Positions 15,278-30,700 of a stretch of DNA of 64,000 bases are shown one piece after another. Position numbers and translations under genes: made by a program. This DNA is from Auanema rhodensis (lineage: Eukaryota; Animalia; Nematoda): assembly GCA_964057225.1 (NCBI GenBank), contig OZ059900.1:1302001-1366000 (forward strand), given 5' to 3'. Below the pieces are notes generated by a model. That model was not told the origin of the DNA. It did no database searches and saw nothing but the letters and a program-made list of their open reading frames with translations. Each line of letters opens with the position of its first letter. Position 1 is the first letter of the stretch.

Positions 15278-17634
15278 TCGAAAATAGAAAGAATTTTTGA
15301 AATTTACGAGTTTTGAGTCTAATTTGGCTAAATCGCTCATATATATGATCAAAAGCATAGTTTTATTGTCTATAACAACAAAAGTCATCAATTAAACGCT
15401 AGTGATGTTTAAATACTGAATTTCACTCAAATAGCATTACTACACTAAGTATGGTCGTTTTTATGCCTTTAACACCATATACTCACCGATTTTTGGTACA
15501 AAATCTGTGATACTCGTAAATTTTGATCATATTCGGTGAGATTCGAGAATCAAACACACAATACACGAAATAAGTTTATTTTTACGAGTTTGCACTGATA
15601 TTTATTCATTTTGATCAAAAAAGGTCGAAAATAGAAAGAATTTTTGAAATTTCCGAGTTTTGAGTCTAATTTGGCTAAATCGCTCATATATATGATCAAA
15701 AGCATAGTTTCATTGTCTATGACAACAAAAGTCATCAATTAAACGCTAGTGATGTTTAAATACTGAATTTCGCTCAAATAGCATTACTACACTAAGTATG
15801 GTCGTTTTTATGCCTTTAACACCATATACTCACCGATTTTTGGTACAAAATCTGTAATACTCGTAAATTTTGATCATATTCGTTAAGATTTGAGAATCAA
15901 ACATACAATACACAAAATCAGTCTATTTTTATGAGCTTGCACTGATATATATTCATTTTGATCAAAAAAGGTCGAAAATAGAAAGAATTTTTGAAATTTA
16001 CGAGTTTTGAGTCTAATTTGGCTAAATCGCTCATATATATGATCAGAAGCATAGTTTTATTGTCTATGACAACAAAAGCCATTAATTAAACACTAATGAT
16101 GTTTAAATCACTAAATTTCGCTCAAATAGCATTACTACACTAAGTATGGTCGTTTTTATGCCTTTAACACCATATACTCACCGATTTTTGGTACAAAATC
16201 TGTAATACTTGTAAATTCTGATCATATTCGTTAAGATTCGAGAATCAAACACATAATACACGAAATAAGTCTATTTTTATGAGTTTGCACTGATATTTAT
16301 TCATTTTGATCAAAAAAGGTCGAAAATAGAAAGAATTTTTGAATTTTCCGAGTTTTGAGTCCAATTGGGCTAAATCGCTCATATATATGATCAAAAGCAT
16401 AGTTTTACTGTCTATGATAACAAAAGTCTTCAAATATACACTAATAATGTGTAAATCACTGAATTTCACTCAAATAGCTTTACTACACTAAGTATGGTCG
16501 TTTTTATGCCTTTAACACCATATACTCACCGATTTTTGGTACAAAATCTGTAATACTCGTAAATTTTGATCATATTCGTTTAGATTTGAGAATCAAACAT
16601 ACAATACACAAAATCAGTCTATTTTTATGAGCTTGCACTGATATATATTCATTTTGATCAAAAAAGGTCGAAAATAGAAAGAATTTTTGAAATTTCCGAG
16701 TTTTGAGTCCAATTTGGCTCAATCGCTCATATATATGATCAAAAGCATAGTTCTATTGTCTATAACAACAAAAGTCTTCAATTAAACGCTAGTGATGTTT
16801 AAATACTGAATTTCGCTCAAATAGCATTACTACACTAAGTATGGTCGTTTTTATGCCTTTAACACCATATACTCACCGATTTTTGGTACAAAATCTGTAA
16901 TACTCGTAAGTTTTGATCATATTCGTTAAGATTTGAGAATCAAACATACAATACACAAAATCAGTCTATTTTTATGAGCTTGCACTGATATTTATTCATT
17001 TTGATCAAAAAAGGTCGAAAATAGAAAGAATTTTTGAATTTTCCGAGTTTTGAGTCCAATTGGGCTAAATCGCTCATATATATGATCAAAAGCATAGTTT
17101 TACTGTCTATGATAACAAAAGTCTTCAAATATACACTAATAATGTGTAAATCACTGAATTTCACTCAAATAGCTTTACTACACTAAGTATGGTCGTTTTT
17201 ATGCCTTTAACACCATATACTCACCGATTTTTGGTACAAAATCTGTAATACTCGTAAATTTTGATCATATTCGTTTAGATTTGAGAATCAAACATACAAT
17301 ACACAAAATCAGTCTATTTTTATGAGCTTGCACTGATATATATTCATTTTGATCAAAAAAGGTCGAAAATAGAAAGAATTTTTGAAATTTCCGAGTTTTG
17401 AGTCCAATTTGGCTAAATCGCTCATATATATGATCAAAAGCATAGTTCTATTGTCTATAACAACAAAAGTCATTAATTAAACACTAATGATGTTTAAATA
17501 CTGATTTTCGCTCAAATAGCATTACTACACTAAGTATGGTCGTTTTTATACCTTCAACACCATATACTCACCGATTTTTGGTACAAAATCTGTGATACTC
17601 GTAAATTTCGATCATATTCGTTAAGATTCGAGAA

Positions 17635-20600
17635 TCAAACACACAATACACGAAATGAGTTTATTTTCACGAGTTTGCACTGATATTTATTCATTTTGAT
17701 CAAAAAAGGTCGAAAATAGAAAGAATTTTTGAATTTTCCGAGTTTTGAGTCCAATTGGGCTAAATCGCTCATATATATGATCAAAAGCATAGTTTTACTG
17801 TCTATGATAACAAAAGTCTTCAAATATACACTAGTAATGATTAAATCACTGAATTTCACTCAAATAGCATTACTACACTAAGTATGGTCGTTTTTATGCC
17901 TTTAACACCATATACTCACCGATTTTTGGTACAAAATCTGTAATACTCGTAAATTTTGATCATGTTTGTTAAGATTTGAGAATCAAACATACAATACACA
18001 AAATCAGTCTATTTTTATGAGCTTGCACTGATATATATTGATTTTGATCAAAAAAGGTCGAAAATAGAAAGAATTTTTGAAATTTACGAGTTTTGAGTCT
18101 AATTTGGCTAAATCGCTCATATATATGATCAGAAGCATAGTTTTATTGTCTATGACAACAAAAGTCATTAATTAAACACTAATGATGTTTAAATACTGAT
18201 TTTCGCTCAAATAGCATTACTACACTAAGTATGGTCGTTTTTATACCTTCAACACCATATACTCACCGATTTTTGGTACAAAATCTGTAATACTTGTAAA
18301 TTTCGATCATATTCGTTAAGATTTGAGAATCAAACACATAATACACGAAATAAGTCTATTTTTACAAGTTTGCACTGATATTTATTCATTTTGATCAAAA
18401 AAGGTCGAAAATAGAAAGAATTTTTGAAATTTCCGAGTTTTGAGTCCAATTTGGCTAAATCGCTCATATATATGATCAAAAGCATAGTTCTATTGTCTAT
18501 AACAACAAAAGTCTTCAATTAAACGCTAGTGATGTTTTAATACTGAATTTCGCTCAAATAGCATTACTACACTAAGTATGGTCGTTTTTATGCCTTTAAC
18601 ACCATATACTCACCGATTTTTGGTACAAAATCTGTAATACTTGTAAATTTTGATCATATTCGTTAAGATTCGAGAATCAAACACATAATACACGAAAAAA
18701 GTCTATTTTTATGAGTTTGCACTGATATTTATTCATTTTGATCAAAAAAGGTCGAAAATAGAAAGAATTTTTGAATTTTCCGAGTTTTGAGTCCAATTGG
18801 GCTAAATCGCTCATATATATGATCAAAAGCATAGTTTTACTGTCTATGATAACAAAAGTCTTCAAATATACACTAATAATGTGTAAATCACTGAATTTCA
18901 CTCAAATAGCTTTACTACACTAAGTATGGTCGTTTTTATGCCTTTAACACCATATACTCACCGATTTTTGGTACAAAATCTGTGATACTCGTAAATTTCG
19001 ATCATATTCGTTAAGATTCGAGAATCAAACACACAATACACGAAATGAGTTTATTTTCACGAGTTTGCACTGATATTTATTCATTTTGATCAAAAAAGGT
19101 CGAAAATAGAAAGAATTTTTGAATTTTCCGAGTTTTGAGTCCAATTGGGCTAAATCGCTCATATATATGATCAAAAGCATAGTTTTACTGTCTATGATAA
19201 CAAAAGTCTTCAAATATACACTAGTAATGATTAAATCACTGAATTTCACTCAAATAGCATTACTACACTAAGTATGGTCGTTTTTATGCCTTTAACACCA
19301 TATACTCACCGATTTTTGGTACAAAATCTGTAATACTCGTAAATTTTGATCATGTTTGTTAAGATTTGAGAATCAAACATACAATACACAAAATCAGTCT
19401 ATTTTTATGAGCTTGCACTGATATATATTGATTTTGATCAAAAAAGGTCGAAAATAGAAAGAATTTTTGAAATTTACGAGTTTTGAGTCTAATTTGGCTA
19501 AATCGCTCATATATATGATCAGAAGCATAGTTTTATTGTCTATGACAACAAAAGTCATTAATTAAACACTAATGATGTTTAAATACTGATTTTCGCTCAA
19601 ATAGCATTACTACACTAAGTATGGTCGTTTTTATACCTTCAACACCATATACTCACCGATTTTTGGTACAAAATCTGTAATACTTGTAAATTTCGATCAT
19701 ATTCGTTAAGATTTGAGAATCAAACACATAATACACGAAATAAGTCTATTTTTACAAGTTTGCACTGATATTTATTCATTTTGATCAAAAAAGGTCGAAA
19801 ATAGAAAGAATTTTTGAAATTTCCGAGTTTTGATTCCAATTTGGCTAAATCGCTCATATATATGATCAAAAGCATAGTTCTATTGTCTATAACAACAAAA
19901 GTCTTCAATTAAACGCTAGTGATGTTTTAATACTGAATTTCGCTCAAATAGCATTACTACACTAAGTATGGTCGTTTTTATGCCTTTAACACCATATACT
20001 CACCGATTTTTGGTACAAAATCTGTAATACTTGTAAATTTTGATCATATTCGTTAAGATTCGAGAATCAAACACATAATACACGAAAAAAGTCTATTTTT
20101 ATGAGTTTGCACTGATATTTATTCATTTTGATCAAAAAAGGTCGAAAATAGAAAGAATTTTTGAATTTTCCGAGTTTTGAGTCCAATTGGGCTAAATCGC
20201 TCATATATATGATCAAAAGCATAGTTTTACTGTCTATGATAACAAAAGTCTTCAAATATACACTAATAATGTGTAAATACTGATTTTCGCTCAAATAGCA
20301 TTACTACACTAAGTATGGTCGTTTTTATACCTTCAACACCATATACTCACCGATTTTTGGTACAAAATCTGTGATACTCGTAAATTTTGATCATTTCCGT
20401 TAAGATTCAAGAATCAAACACACAATACACGAAATAAGTTCATTTTTACAAGTTTGCACTGATATTTATTCATTTTGATCAAAAAAGGTCGAAAATAGAA
20501 AGAATTTTTGAAATTTACGAGTTTTGAGTCTAATTTGGCTAAATCGCTCATATATATGATCAGAAGCATAGTTTTATTGTCTATGACAACAAAAGCCATT

Positions 20601-22940
20601 AATTAAACACTAATGATGTTTAAATCACTAAATTTCGCTCAAATAGCATTACTACACTAAGTATGGTCGTTTTTATGCCTTTAACACCATATACTCACCG
20701 ATTTTTGGTACAAAATCTGTAATACTTGTAAATTTTGATCATATTCGTTAAGATTCGAGAATCAAACACATAATACACGAAATAAGTCTATTTTTATGAG
20801 TTTGCACTGATATTTATTCATTTTGATCAAAAAAGGTCGAAAATAGAAAGAATTTTTGAATTTTCCGAGTTTTGAGTCCAATTGGGCTAAATCGCTCATA
20901 TATATGATCAAAAGCATAGTTTTACTGTCTATGATAACAAAAGTCTTCAAATATACACTAATAATGTGTAAATACTGATTTTCGCTCAAATAGCATTACT
21001 ACACTAAGTATGGTCGTTTTTATACCTTCAACACCATATACTCACCGATTTTTGGTACAAAATCTGTGATACTCGTAAATTTCGATCATATTCGTTAAGA
21101 TTCGAGAATCAAACACACAATACACGAAATGAGTTTATTTTCACGAGTTTGCACTGATATTTATTCATTTTGATCAAAAAAGGTCGAAAATAGAAAGAAT
21201 TTTTGAATTTTCCGAGTTTTGAGTCCAATTTGGCTAAATCGCTCATATATATGATCAAAAGCATAGTTCTATTGTCTATAACAACAAAAGTCTTCAATTA
21301 AACGCTAGTGATGTTTTAATACTGAATTTCGCTCAAATAGCATTACTACACTAAGTATGGTCGTTTTTATGCCTTTAACACCATATACTCACCGATTTTT
21401 GGTACAAAATCTGTAATACTTGTAAATTTTGATCATATTCGTTAAGATTCGAGAATCAAACACATAATACACGAAAAAAGTCTATTTTTATGAGTTTGCA
21501 CTGATATTTATTCATTTTGATCAAAAAAGGTCGAAAATAGAAAGAATTTTTGAATTTTCCGAGTTTTGAGTCCAATTGGGCTAAATCGCTCATATATATG
21601 ATCAAAAGCATAGTTTTACTGTCTATGATAACAAAAGTCTTCAAATATACACTAATAATGTGTAAATCACTGAATTTCACTCAAATAGCTTTACTACACT
21701 AAGTATGGTCGTTTTTATGCCTTTAACACCATATACTCACCGATTTTTGGTACAAAATCTGTGATACTCGTAAATTTCGATCATATTCGTTAAGATTCGA
21801 GAATCAAACACACAATACACGAAATGAGTTTATTTTCACGAGTTTGCACTGATATTTATTCATTTTGATCAAAAAAGGTCGAAAATAGAAAGAATTTTTG
21901 AATTTTCCGAGTTTTGAGTCCAATTGGGCTAAATCGCTCATATATATGATCAAAAGCATAGTTTTACTGTCTATGATAACAAAAGTCTTCAAATATACAC
22001 TAGTAATGATTAAATCACTGAATTTCACTCAAATAGCATTACTACACTAAGTATGGTCGTTTTTATGCCTTTAACACCATATACTCACCGATTTTTGGTA
22101 CAAAATCTGTAATACTCGTAAATTTTGATCATGTTTGTTAAGATTTGAGAATCAAACATACAATACACAAAATCAGTCTATTTTTATGAGCTTGCACTGA
22201 TATATATTGATTTTGATCAAAAAAGGTCGAAAATAGAAAGAATTTTTGAAATTTACGAGTTTTGAGTCTAATTTGGCTAAATCGCTCATATATATGATCA
22301 GAAGCATAGTTTTATTGTCTATGACAACAAAAGTCATTAATTAAACACTAATGATGTTTAAATACTGATTTTCGCTCAAATAGCATTACTACACTAAGTA
22401 TGGTCGTTTTTATACCTTCAACACCATATACTCACCGATTTTTGGTACAAAATCTGTAATACTTGTAAATTTCGATCATATTCGTTAAGATTTGAGAATC
22501 AAACACATAATACACGAAATAAGTCTATTTTTACAAGTTTGCACTGATATTTATTCATTTTGATCAAAAAAGGTCGAAAATAGAAAGAATTTTTGAAATT
22601 TCCGAGTTTTGATTCCAATTTGGCTAAATCGCTCATATATATGATCAAAAGCATAGTTCTATTGTCTATAACAACAAAAGTCTTCAATTAAACGCTAGTG
22701 ATGTTTTAATACTGAATTTCGCTCAAATAGCATTACTACACTAAGTATGGTCGTTTTTATGCCTTTAACACCATATACTCACCGATTTTTGGTACAAAAT
22801 CTGTAATACTTGTAAATTTTGATCATATTCGTTAAGATTCGAGAATCAAACACATAATACACGAAAAAAGTCTATTTTTATGAGTTTGCACTGATATTTA
22901 TTCATTTTGATCAAAAAAGGTCGAAAATAGAAAGAATTTT
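17635..22940 (+). repeat. Nested higher-order repeats: 1390-bp 4-mer and 2779-bp 8-mer periodicity
   Basis: 17635/19025 and 18330/19720 are offset by 1390; 18677/21456, 19025/21804 and 19720/22499 by 2779. Markers: catGtttgtt, atattGatttt, tgaTtccaat. Confidence 0.8.
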
Positions 22941-24740
22941 TGAAATTTCCGAGTTTTGATTCCAATTTGGCTAAATCGCTCATATATATGATCAAAAGCA
23001 TAGTTCTATTGTCTATAACAACAAAAGTCTTCAATTAAACGCTAGTGATGTTTTAATACTGAATTTCGCTCAAATAGCATTACTACACTAAGTATGGTCG
23101 TTTTTATACCTTCAACACCATATACTCACCGATTTTTGGTACAAAATCTGTAATACTTGTAAATTTCGATCATATTCGTTAAGATTTGAGAATCAAACAC
23201 ATAATACACGAAATAAGTCTATTTTTACAAGTTTGCACTGATATTTATTCATTTTGATCAAAAAAGGTCGAAAATAGAAAGAATTTTTGAAATTTCCGAG
23301 TTTTGATTCCAATTTGGCTAAATCGCTCATATATATGATCAAAAGCATAGTTCTATTGTCTATAACAACAAAAGTCTTCAATTAAACGCTAGTGATGTTT
23401 TAATACTGAATTTCGCTCAAATAGCATTACTACACTAAGTATGGTCGTTTTTATGCCTTTAACACCATATACTCACCGATTTTTGGTACAAAATCTGTAA
23501 TACTTGTAAATTTTGATCATATTCGTTAAGATTCGAGAATCAAACACATAATACACGAAAAAAGTCTATTTTTATGAGTTTGCACTGATATTTATTCATT
23601 TTGATCAAAAAAGGTCGAAAATAGAAAGAATTTTTGAATTTTCCGAGTTTTGAGTCCAATTGGGCTAAATCGCTCATATATATGATCAAAAGCATAGTTT
23701 TACTGTCTATGATAACAAAAGTCTTCAAATATACACTAATAATGTGTAAATACTGATTTTCGCTCAAATAGCATTACTACACTAAGTATGGTCGTTTTTA
23801 TACCTTCAACACCATATACTCACCGATTTTTGGTACAAAATCTGTGATACTCGTAAATTTTGATCATTTCCGTTAAGATTCAAGAATCAAACACACAATA
23901 CACGAAATAAGTTCATTTTTACAAGTTTGCACTGATATTTATTCATTTTGATCAAAAAAGGTCGAAAATAGAAAGAATTTTTGAAATTTACGAGTTTTGA
24001 GTCTAATTTGGCTAAATCGCTCATATATATGATCAGAAGCATAGTTTTATTGTCTATGACAACAAAAGCCATTAATTAAACACTAATGATGTTTAAATCA
24101 CTAAATTTCGCTCAAATAGCATTACTACACTAAGTATGGTCGTTTTTATGCCTTTAACACCATATACTCACCGATTTTTGGTACAAAATCTGTAATACTT
24201 GTAAATTTTGATCATATTCGTTAAGATTCGAGAATCAAACACATAATACACGAAATAAGTCTATTTTTATGAGTTTGCACTGATATTTATTCATTTTGAT
24301 CAAAAAAGGTCGAAAATAGAAAGAATTTTTGAAATTTCCGAGTTTTGAGTCCAATTTGGCTAAATCGCTCATATATATGATCAAAAGCATAGTTCTATTG
24401 TCTATAACAACAAAAGTCTTCAATTAAACGCTAGTGATGTTTTAATACTGAATTTCGCTCAAATAGCATTACTACACTAAGTATGGTCGTTTTTATGCCT
24501 TTAACACCATATACTCACCGATTTTTGGTACAAAATCTGTAATACTTGTAAATTTTGATCATATTCGTTAAGATTCGAGAATCAAACACATAATACACGA
24601 AAAAAGTCTATTTTTATGAGTTTGCACTGATATTTATTCATTTTGATCAAAAAAGGTCGAAAATAGAAAGAATTTTTGAAATTTACGAGTTTTGAGTCTA
24701 ATTTGGCTAAATCGCTCATATATATGATCAGAAGCATAGT

Positions 24741-24771
24741 TTTATTGTCTATTAAAACATCACTAGCGTTT
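24741..24771. other. Left inversion junction with 3-bp microhomology (TAT, 24750-24752)
   Basis: The sequence is tttattgtc[tat]taaaacatcactagcgttt. A forward monomer would continue tat-gacaac, and the reverse monomer would be preceded by cag-tat. Confidence 0.92.
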
Positions 24772-27700
24772 AATTGAAGACTTTTGTTGTTATAGACAAT
24801 AGAACTATGCTTTTGATCATATATATGAGCGATTTAGCCAAATTGGACTCAAAACTCGGAAAATTCAAAAATTCTTTCTATTTTCGACCTTTTTTGATCA
24901 AAATGAATAAATATCAGTGCAAACTCGTGAAAATAAACTCATTTCGTGTATTGTGTGTTTGATTCTCGAATCTTAACGAATATGATCGAAATTTACGAGT
25001 ATCACAGATTTTGTACCAAAAATCGGTGAGTATATGGTGTTGAAGGTATAAAAACGACCATACTTAGTGTAGTAATGCTATTTGAGCGAAAATCAGTATT
25101 TACACATTATTAGTGTATATTTGAAGACTTTTGTTATCATAGACAGTAAAACTATGCTTTTGATCATATATATGAGCGATTTAGCCAAATTAGACTCAAA
25201 ACTCGTAAATTTCAAAAATTCTTTCTATTTTCGACCTTTTTTGATCAAAATGAATAAATATCAGTGCAAACTTGTAAAAATGAACTTATTTCGTGTATTG
25301 TGTGTTTGATTCTTGAATCTTAACGGAAATGATCAAAATTTACGAGTATCACAGATTTTGTACCAAAAATCGGTGAGTATATGGTGTTGAAGGTATAAAA
25401 ACGACCATACTTAGTGTAGTAATGCTATTTGAGCGAAATTTAGTGATTTAAACATCATTAGTGTTTAATTAATGGCTTTTGTTGTCATAGACAATAAAAC
25501 TATGCTTCTGATCATATATATGAGCGATTTAGCCAAATTAGACTCAAAACTCGTAAATTTCAAAAATTCTTTCTATTTTCGACCTTTTTTGATCAAAATG
25601 AATAAATATCAGTGCAAACTTGTAAAAATGAACTTATTTCGTGTATTGTGTGTTTGATTCTTGAATCTTAACGGAAATGATCAAAATTTACGAGTATCAC
25701 AGATTTTGTACCAAAAATCGGTGAGTATATGGTGTTGAAGGTATAAAAACGACCATACTTAGTGTAGTAATGCTATTTGAGCGAAAATCAGTATTTACAC
25801 ATTATTAGTGTATATTTGAAGACTTTTGTTATCATAGACAGTAAAACTATGCTTTTGATCATATATATGAGCGATTTAGCCCAATTGGACTCAAAACTCG
25901 GAAAATTCAAAAATTCTTTCTATTTTCGACCTTTTTTGATCAAAATGAATAAATATCAGTGCAAACTCATAAAAATAGACTTTTTTCGTGTATTATGTGT
26001 TTGATTCTCGAATCTTAACGAATATGATCAAAATTTACAAGTATTACAGATTTTGTACCAAAAATCGGTGAGTATATGGTGTTAAAGGCATAAAAACGAC
26101 CATACTTAGTGTAGTAATGCTATTTGAGCGAAATTCAGTATTAAAACATCACTAGCGTTTAATTGAAGACTTTTGTTGTTATAGACAATAGAACTATGCT
26201 TTTGATCATATATATGAGCGATTTAGCCAAATTGGAATCAAAACTCGGAAATTTCAAAAATTCTTTCTATTTTCGACCTTTTTTGATCAAAATGAATAAA
26301 TATCAGTGCAAACTTGTAAAAATAGACTTATTTCGTGTATTATGTGTTTGATTCTCAAATCTTAACGAATATGATCGAAATTTACAAGTATTACAGATTT
26401 TGTACCAAAAATCGGTGAGTATATGGTGTTGAAGGTATAAAAACGACCATACTTAGTGTAGTAATGCTATTTGAGCGAAAATCAGTATTTAAACATCATT
26501 AGTGTTTAATTAATGACTTTTGTTGTCATAGACAATAAAACTATGCTTCTGATCATATATATGAGCGATTTAGCCAAATTAGACTCAAAACTCGTAAATT
26601 TCAAAAATTCTTTCTATTTTCGACCTTTTTTGATCAAAATCAATATATATCAGTGCAAGCTCATAAAAATAGACTGATTTTGTGTATTGTATGTTTGATT
26701 CTCAAATCTTAACAAACATGATCAAAATTTACGAGTATTACAGATTTTGTACCAAAAATCGGTGAGTATATGGTGTTAAAGGCATAAAAACGACCATACT
26801 TAGTGTAGTAATGCTATTTGAGTGAAATTCAGTGATTTAATCATTACTAGTGTATATTTGAAGACTTTTGTTATCATAGACAGTAAAACTATGCTTTTGA
26901 TCATATATATGAGCGATTTAGCCCAATTGGACTCAAAACTCGGAAAATTCAAAAATTCTTTCTATTTTCGACCTTTTTTGATCAAAATGAATAAATATCA
27001 GTGCAAACTCGTGAAAATAAACTCATTTCGTGTATTGTGTGTTTGATTCTCGAATCTTAACGAATATGATCGAAATTTACGAGTATCACAGATTTTGTAC
27101 CAAAAATCGGTGAGTATATGGTGTTAAAGGCATAAAAACGACCATACTTAGTGTAGTAAAGCTATTTGAGTGAAATTCAGTGATTTACACATTATTAGTG
27201 TATATTTGAAGACTTTTGTTATCATAGACAGTAAAACTATGCTTTTGATCATATATATGAGCGATTTAGCCCAATTGGACTCAAAACTCGGAAAATTCAA
27301 AAATTCTTTCTATTTTCGACCTTTTTTGATCAAAATGAATAAATATCAGTGCAAACTCATAAAAATAGACTTTTTTCGTGTATTATGTGTTTGATTCTCG
27401 AATCTTAACGAATATGATCAAAATTTACAAGTATTACAGATTTTGTACCAAAAATCGGTGAGTATATGGTGTTAAAGGCATAAAAACGACCATACTTAGT
27501 GTAGTAATGCTATTTGAGCGAAATTCAGTATTAAAACATCACTAGCGTTTAATTGAAGACTTTTGTTGTTATAGACAATAGAACTATGCTTTTGATCATA
27601 TATATGAGCGATTTAGCCAAATTGGACTCAAAACTCGGAAAATTCAAAAATTCTTTCTATTTTCGACCTTTTTTGATCAAAATGAATAAATATCAGTGCA

Positions 27701-30700
27701 AACTCGTGAAAATAAACTCATTTCGTGTATTGTGTGTTTGATTCTCGAATCTTAACGAATATGATCGAAATTTACGAGTATCACAGATTTTGTACCAAAA
27801 ATCGGTGAGTATATGGTGTTGAAGGTATAAAAACGACCATACTTAGTGTAGTAATGCTATTTGAGCGAAAATCAGTATTTACACATTATTAGTGTATATT
27901 TGAAGACTTTTGTTATCATAGACAGTAAAACTATGCTTTTGATCATATATATGAGCGATTTAGCCCAATTGGACTCAAAACTCGGAAAATTCAAAAATTC
28001 TTTCTATTTTCGACCTTTTTTGATCAAAATGAATAAATATCAGTGCAAACTCATAAAAATAGACTTATTTCGTGTATTATGTGTTTGATTCTCGAATCTT
28101 AACGAATATGATCAAAATTTACAAGTATTACAGATTTTGTACCAAAAATCGGTGAGTATATGGTGTTAAAGGCATAAAAACGACCATACTTAGTGTAGTA
28201 ATGCTATTTGAGCGAAATTTAGTGATTTAAACATCATTAGTGTTTAATTAATGGCTTTTGTTGTCATAGACAATAAAACTATGCTTCTGATCATATATAT
28301 GAGCGATTTAGCCAAATTAGACTCAAAACTCGTAAATTTCAAAAATTCTTTCTATTTTCGACCTTTTTTGATCAAAATGAATAAATATCAGTGCAAACTT
28401 GTAAAAATGAACTTATTTCGTGTATTGTGTGTTTGATTCTTGAATCTTAACGGAAATGATCAAAATTTACGAGTATCACAGATTTTGTACCAAAAATCGG
28501 TGAGTATATGGTGTTGAAGGTATAAAAACGACCATACTTAGTGTAGTAATGCTATTTGAGCGAAAATCAGTATTTACACATTATTAGTGTATATTTGAAG
28601 ACTTTTGTTATCATAGACAGTAAAACTATGCTTTTGATCATATATATGAGCGATTTAGCCCAATTGGACTCAAAACTCGGAAAATTCAAAAATTCTTTCT
28701 ATTTTCGACCTTTTTTGATCAAAATGAATAAATATCAGTGCAAACTCATAAAAATAGACTTTTTTCGTGTATTATGTGTTTGATTCTCGAATCTTAACGA
28801 ATATGATCAAAATTTACAAGTATTACAGATTTTGTACCAAAAATCGGTGAGTATATGGTGTTAAAGGCATAAAAACGACCATACTTAGTGTAGTAATGCT
28901 ATTTGAGCGAAATTCAGTATTAAAACATCACTAGCGTTTAATTGAAGACTTTTGTTGTTATAGACAATAGAACTATGCTTTTGATCATATATATGAGCGA
29001 TTTAGCCAAATTGGAATCAAAACTCGGAAATTTCAAAAATTCTTTCTATTTTCGACCTTTTTTGATCAAAATGAATAAATATCAGTGCAAACTTGTAAAA
29101 ATAGACTTATTTCGTGTATTATGTGTTTGATTCTCAAATCTTAACGAATATGATCGAAATTTACAAGTATTACAGATTTTGTACCAAAAATCGGTGAGTA
29201 TATGGTGTTGAAGGTATAAAAACGACCATACTTAGTGTAGTAATGCTATTTGAGCGAAAATCAGTATTTAAACATCATTAGTGTTTAATTAATGACTTTT
29301 GTTGTCATAGACAATAAAACTATGCTTCTGATCATATATATGAGCGATTTAGCCAAATTAGACTCAAAACTCGTAAATTTCAAAAATTCTTTCTATTTTC
29401 GACCTTTTTTGATCAAAATCAATATATATCAGTGCAAGCTCATAAAAATAGACTGATTTTGTGTATTGTATGTTTGATTCTCAAATCTTAACAAACATGA
29501 TCAAAATTTACGAGTATTACAGATTTTGTACCAAAAATCGGTGAGTATATGGTGTTAAAGGCATAAAAACGACCATACTTAGTGTAGTAATGCTATTTGA
29601 GTGAAATTCAGTGATTTAATCATTACTAGTGTATATTTGAAGACTTTTGTTATCATAGACAGTAAAACTATGCTTTTGATCATATATATGAGCGATTTAG
29701 CCCAATTGGACTCAAAACTCGGAAAATTCAAAAATTCTTTCTATTTTCGACCTTTTTTGATCAAAATGAATAAATATCAGTGCAAACTCGTGAAAATAAA
29801 CTCATTTCGTGTATTGTGTGTTTGATTCTCGAATCTTAACGAATATGATCGAAATTTACGAGTATCACAGATTTTGTACCAAAAATCGGTGAGTATATGG
29901 TGTTAAAGGCATAAAAACGACCATACTTAGTGTAGTAAAGCTATTTGAGTGAAATTCAGTGATTTACACATTATTAGTGTATATTTGAAGACTTTTGTTA
30001 TCATAGACAGTAAAACTATGCTTTTGATCATATATATGAGCGATTTAGCCCAATTGGACTCAAAACTCGGAAAATTCAAAAATTCTTTCTATTTTCGACC
30101 TTTTTTGATCAAAATGAATAAATATCAGTGCAAACTCATAAAAATAGACTTTTTTCGTGTATTATGTGTTTGATTCTCGAATCTTAACGAATATGATCAA
30201 AATTTACAAGTATTACAGATTTTGTACCAAAAATCGGTGAGTATATGGTGTTAAAGGCATAAAAACGACCATACTTAGTGTAGTAATGCTATTTGAGCGA
30301 AATTCAGTATTAAAACATCACTAGCGTTTAATTGAAGACTTTTGTTGTTATAGACAATAGAACTATGCTTTTGATCATATATATGAGCGATTTAGCCAAA
30401 TTGGACTCAAAACTCGGAAATTTCAAAAATTCTTTCTATTTTCGACCTTTTTTGATCAAAATGAATAAATATCAGTGCAAACTTGTAAAAATAGACTTAT
30501 TTCGTGTATTATGTGTTTGATTCTCAAATCTTAACGAATATGATCGAAATTTACAAGTATTACAGATTTTGTACCAAAAATCGGTGAGTATATGGTGTTG
30601 AAGGTATAAAAACGACCATACTTAGTGTAGTAATGCTATTTGAGCGAAAATCAGTATTTAAACATCATTAGTGTTTAATTAATGACTTTTGTTGTCATAG

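Larger units (their letters stand above)
13665..16469 (+). repeat. Local higher-order repeat: 1290-bp unit (three full monomers plus one 247-bp monomer), about two copies
   Basis: Offsets of 1290 at 13665/14955/16245, 14260/15550 and deletion junctions 13978/15268. The same spacing occurs at 33573/34863, 39631/40921 and 43015/44305. Confidence 0.85.
1..24752 (+). repeat. Satellite block 1 (orientation arbitrarily called +)
   Basis: All monomers read ...ggtcgaaaatagaaagaatttttg... on the + strand and all track ORFs are on the minus strand. The forward match ends at ...gttttattgtctat (24752). Confidence 0.97.
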
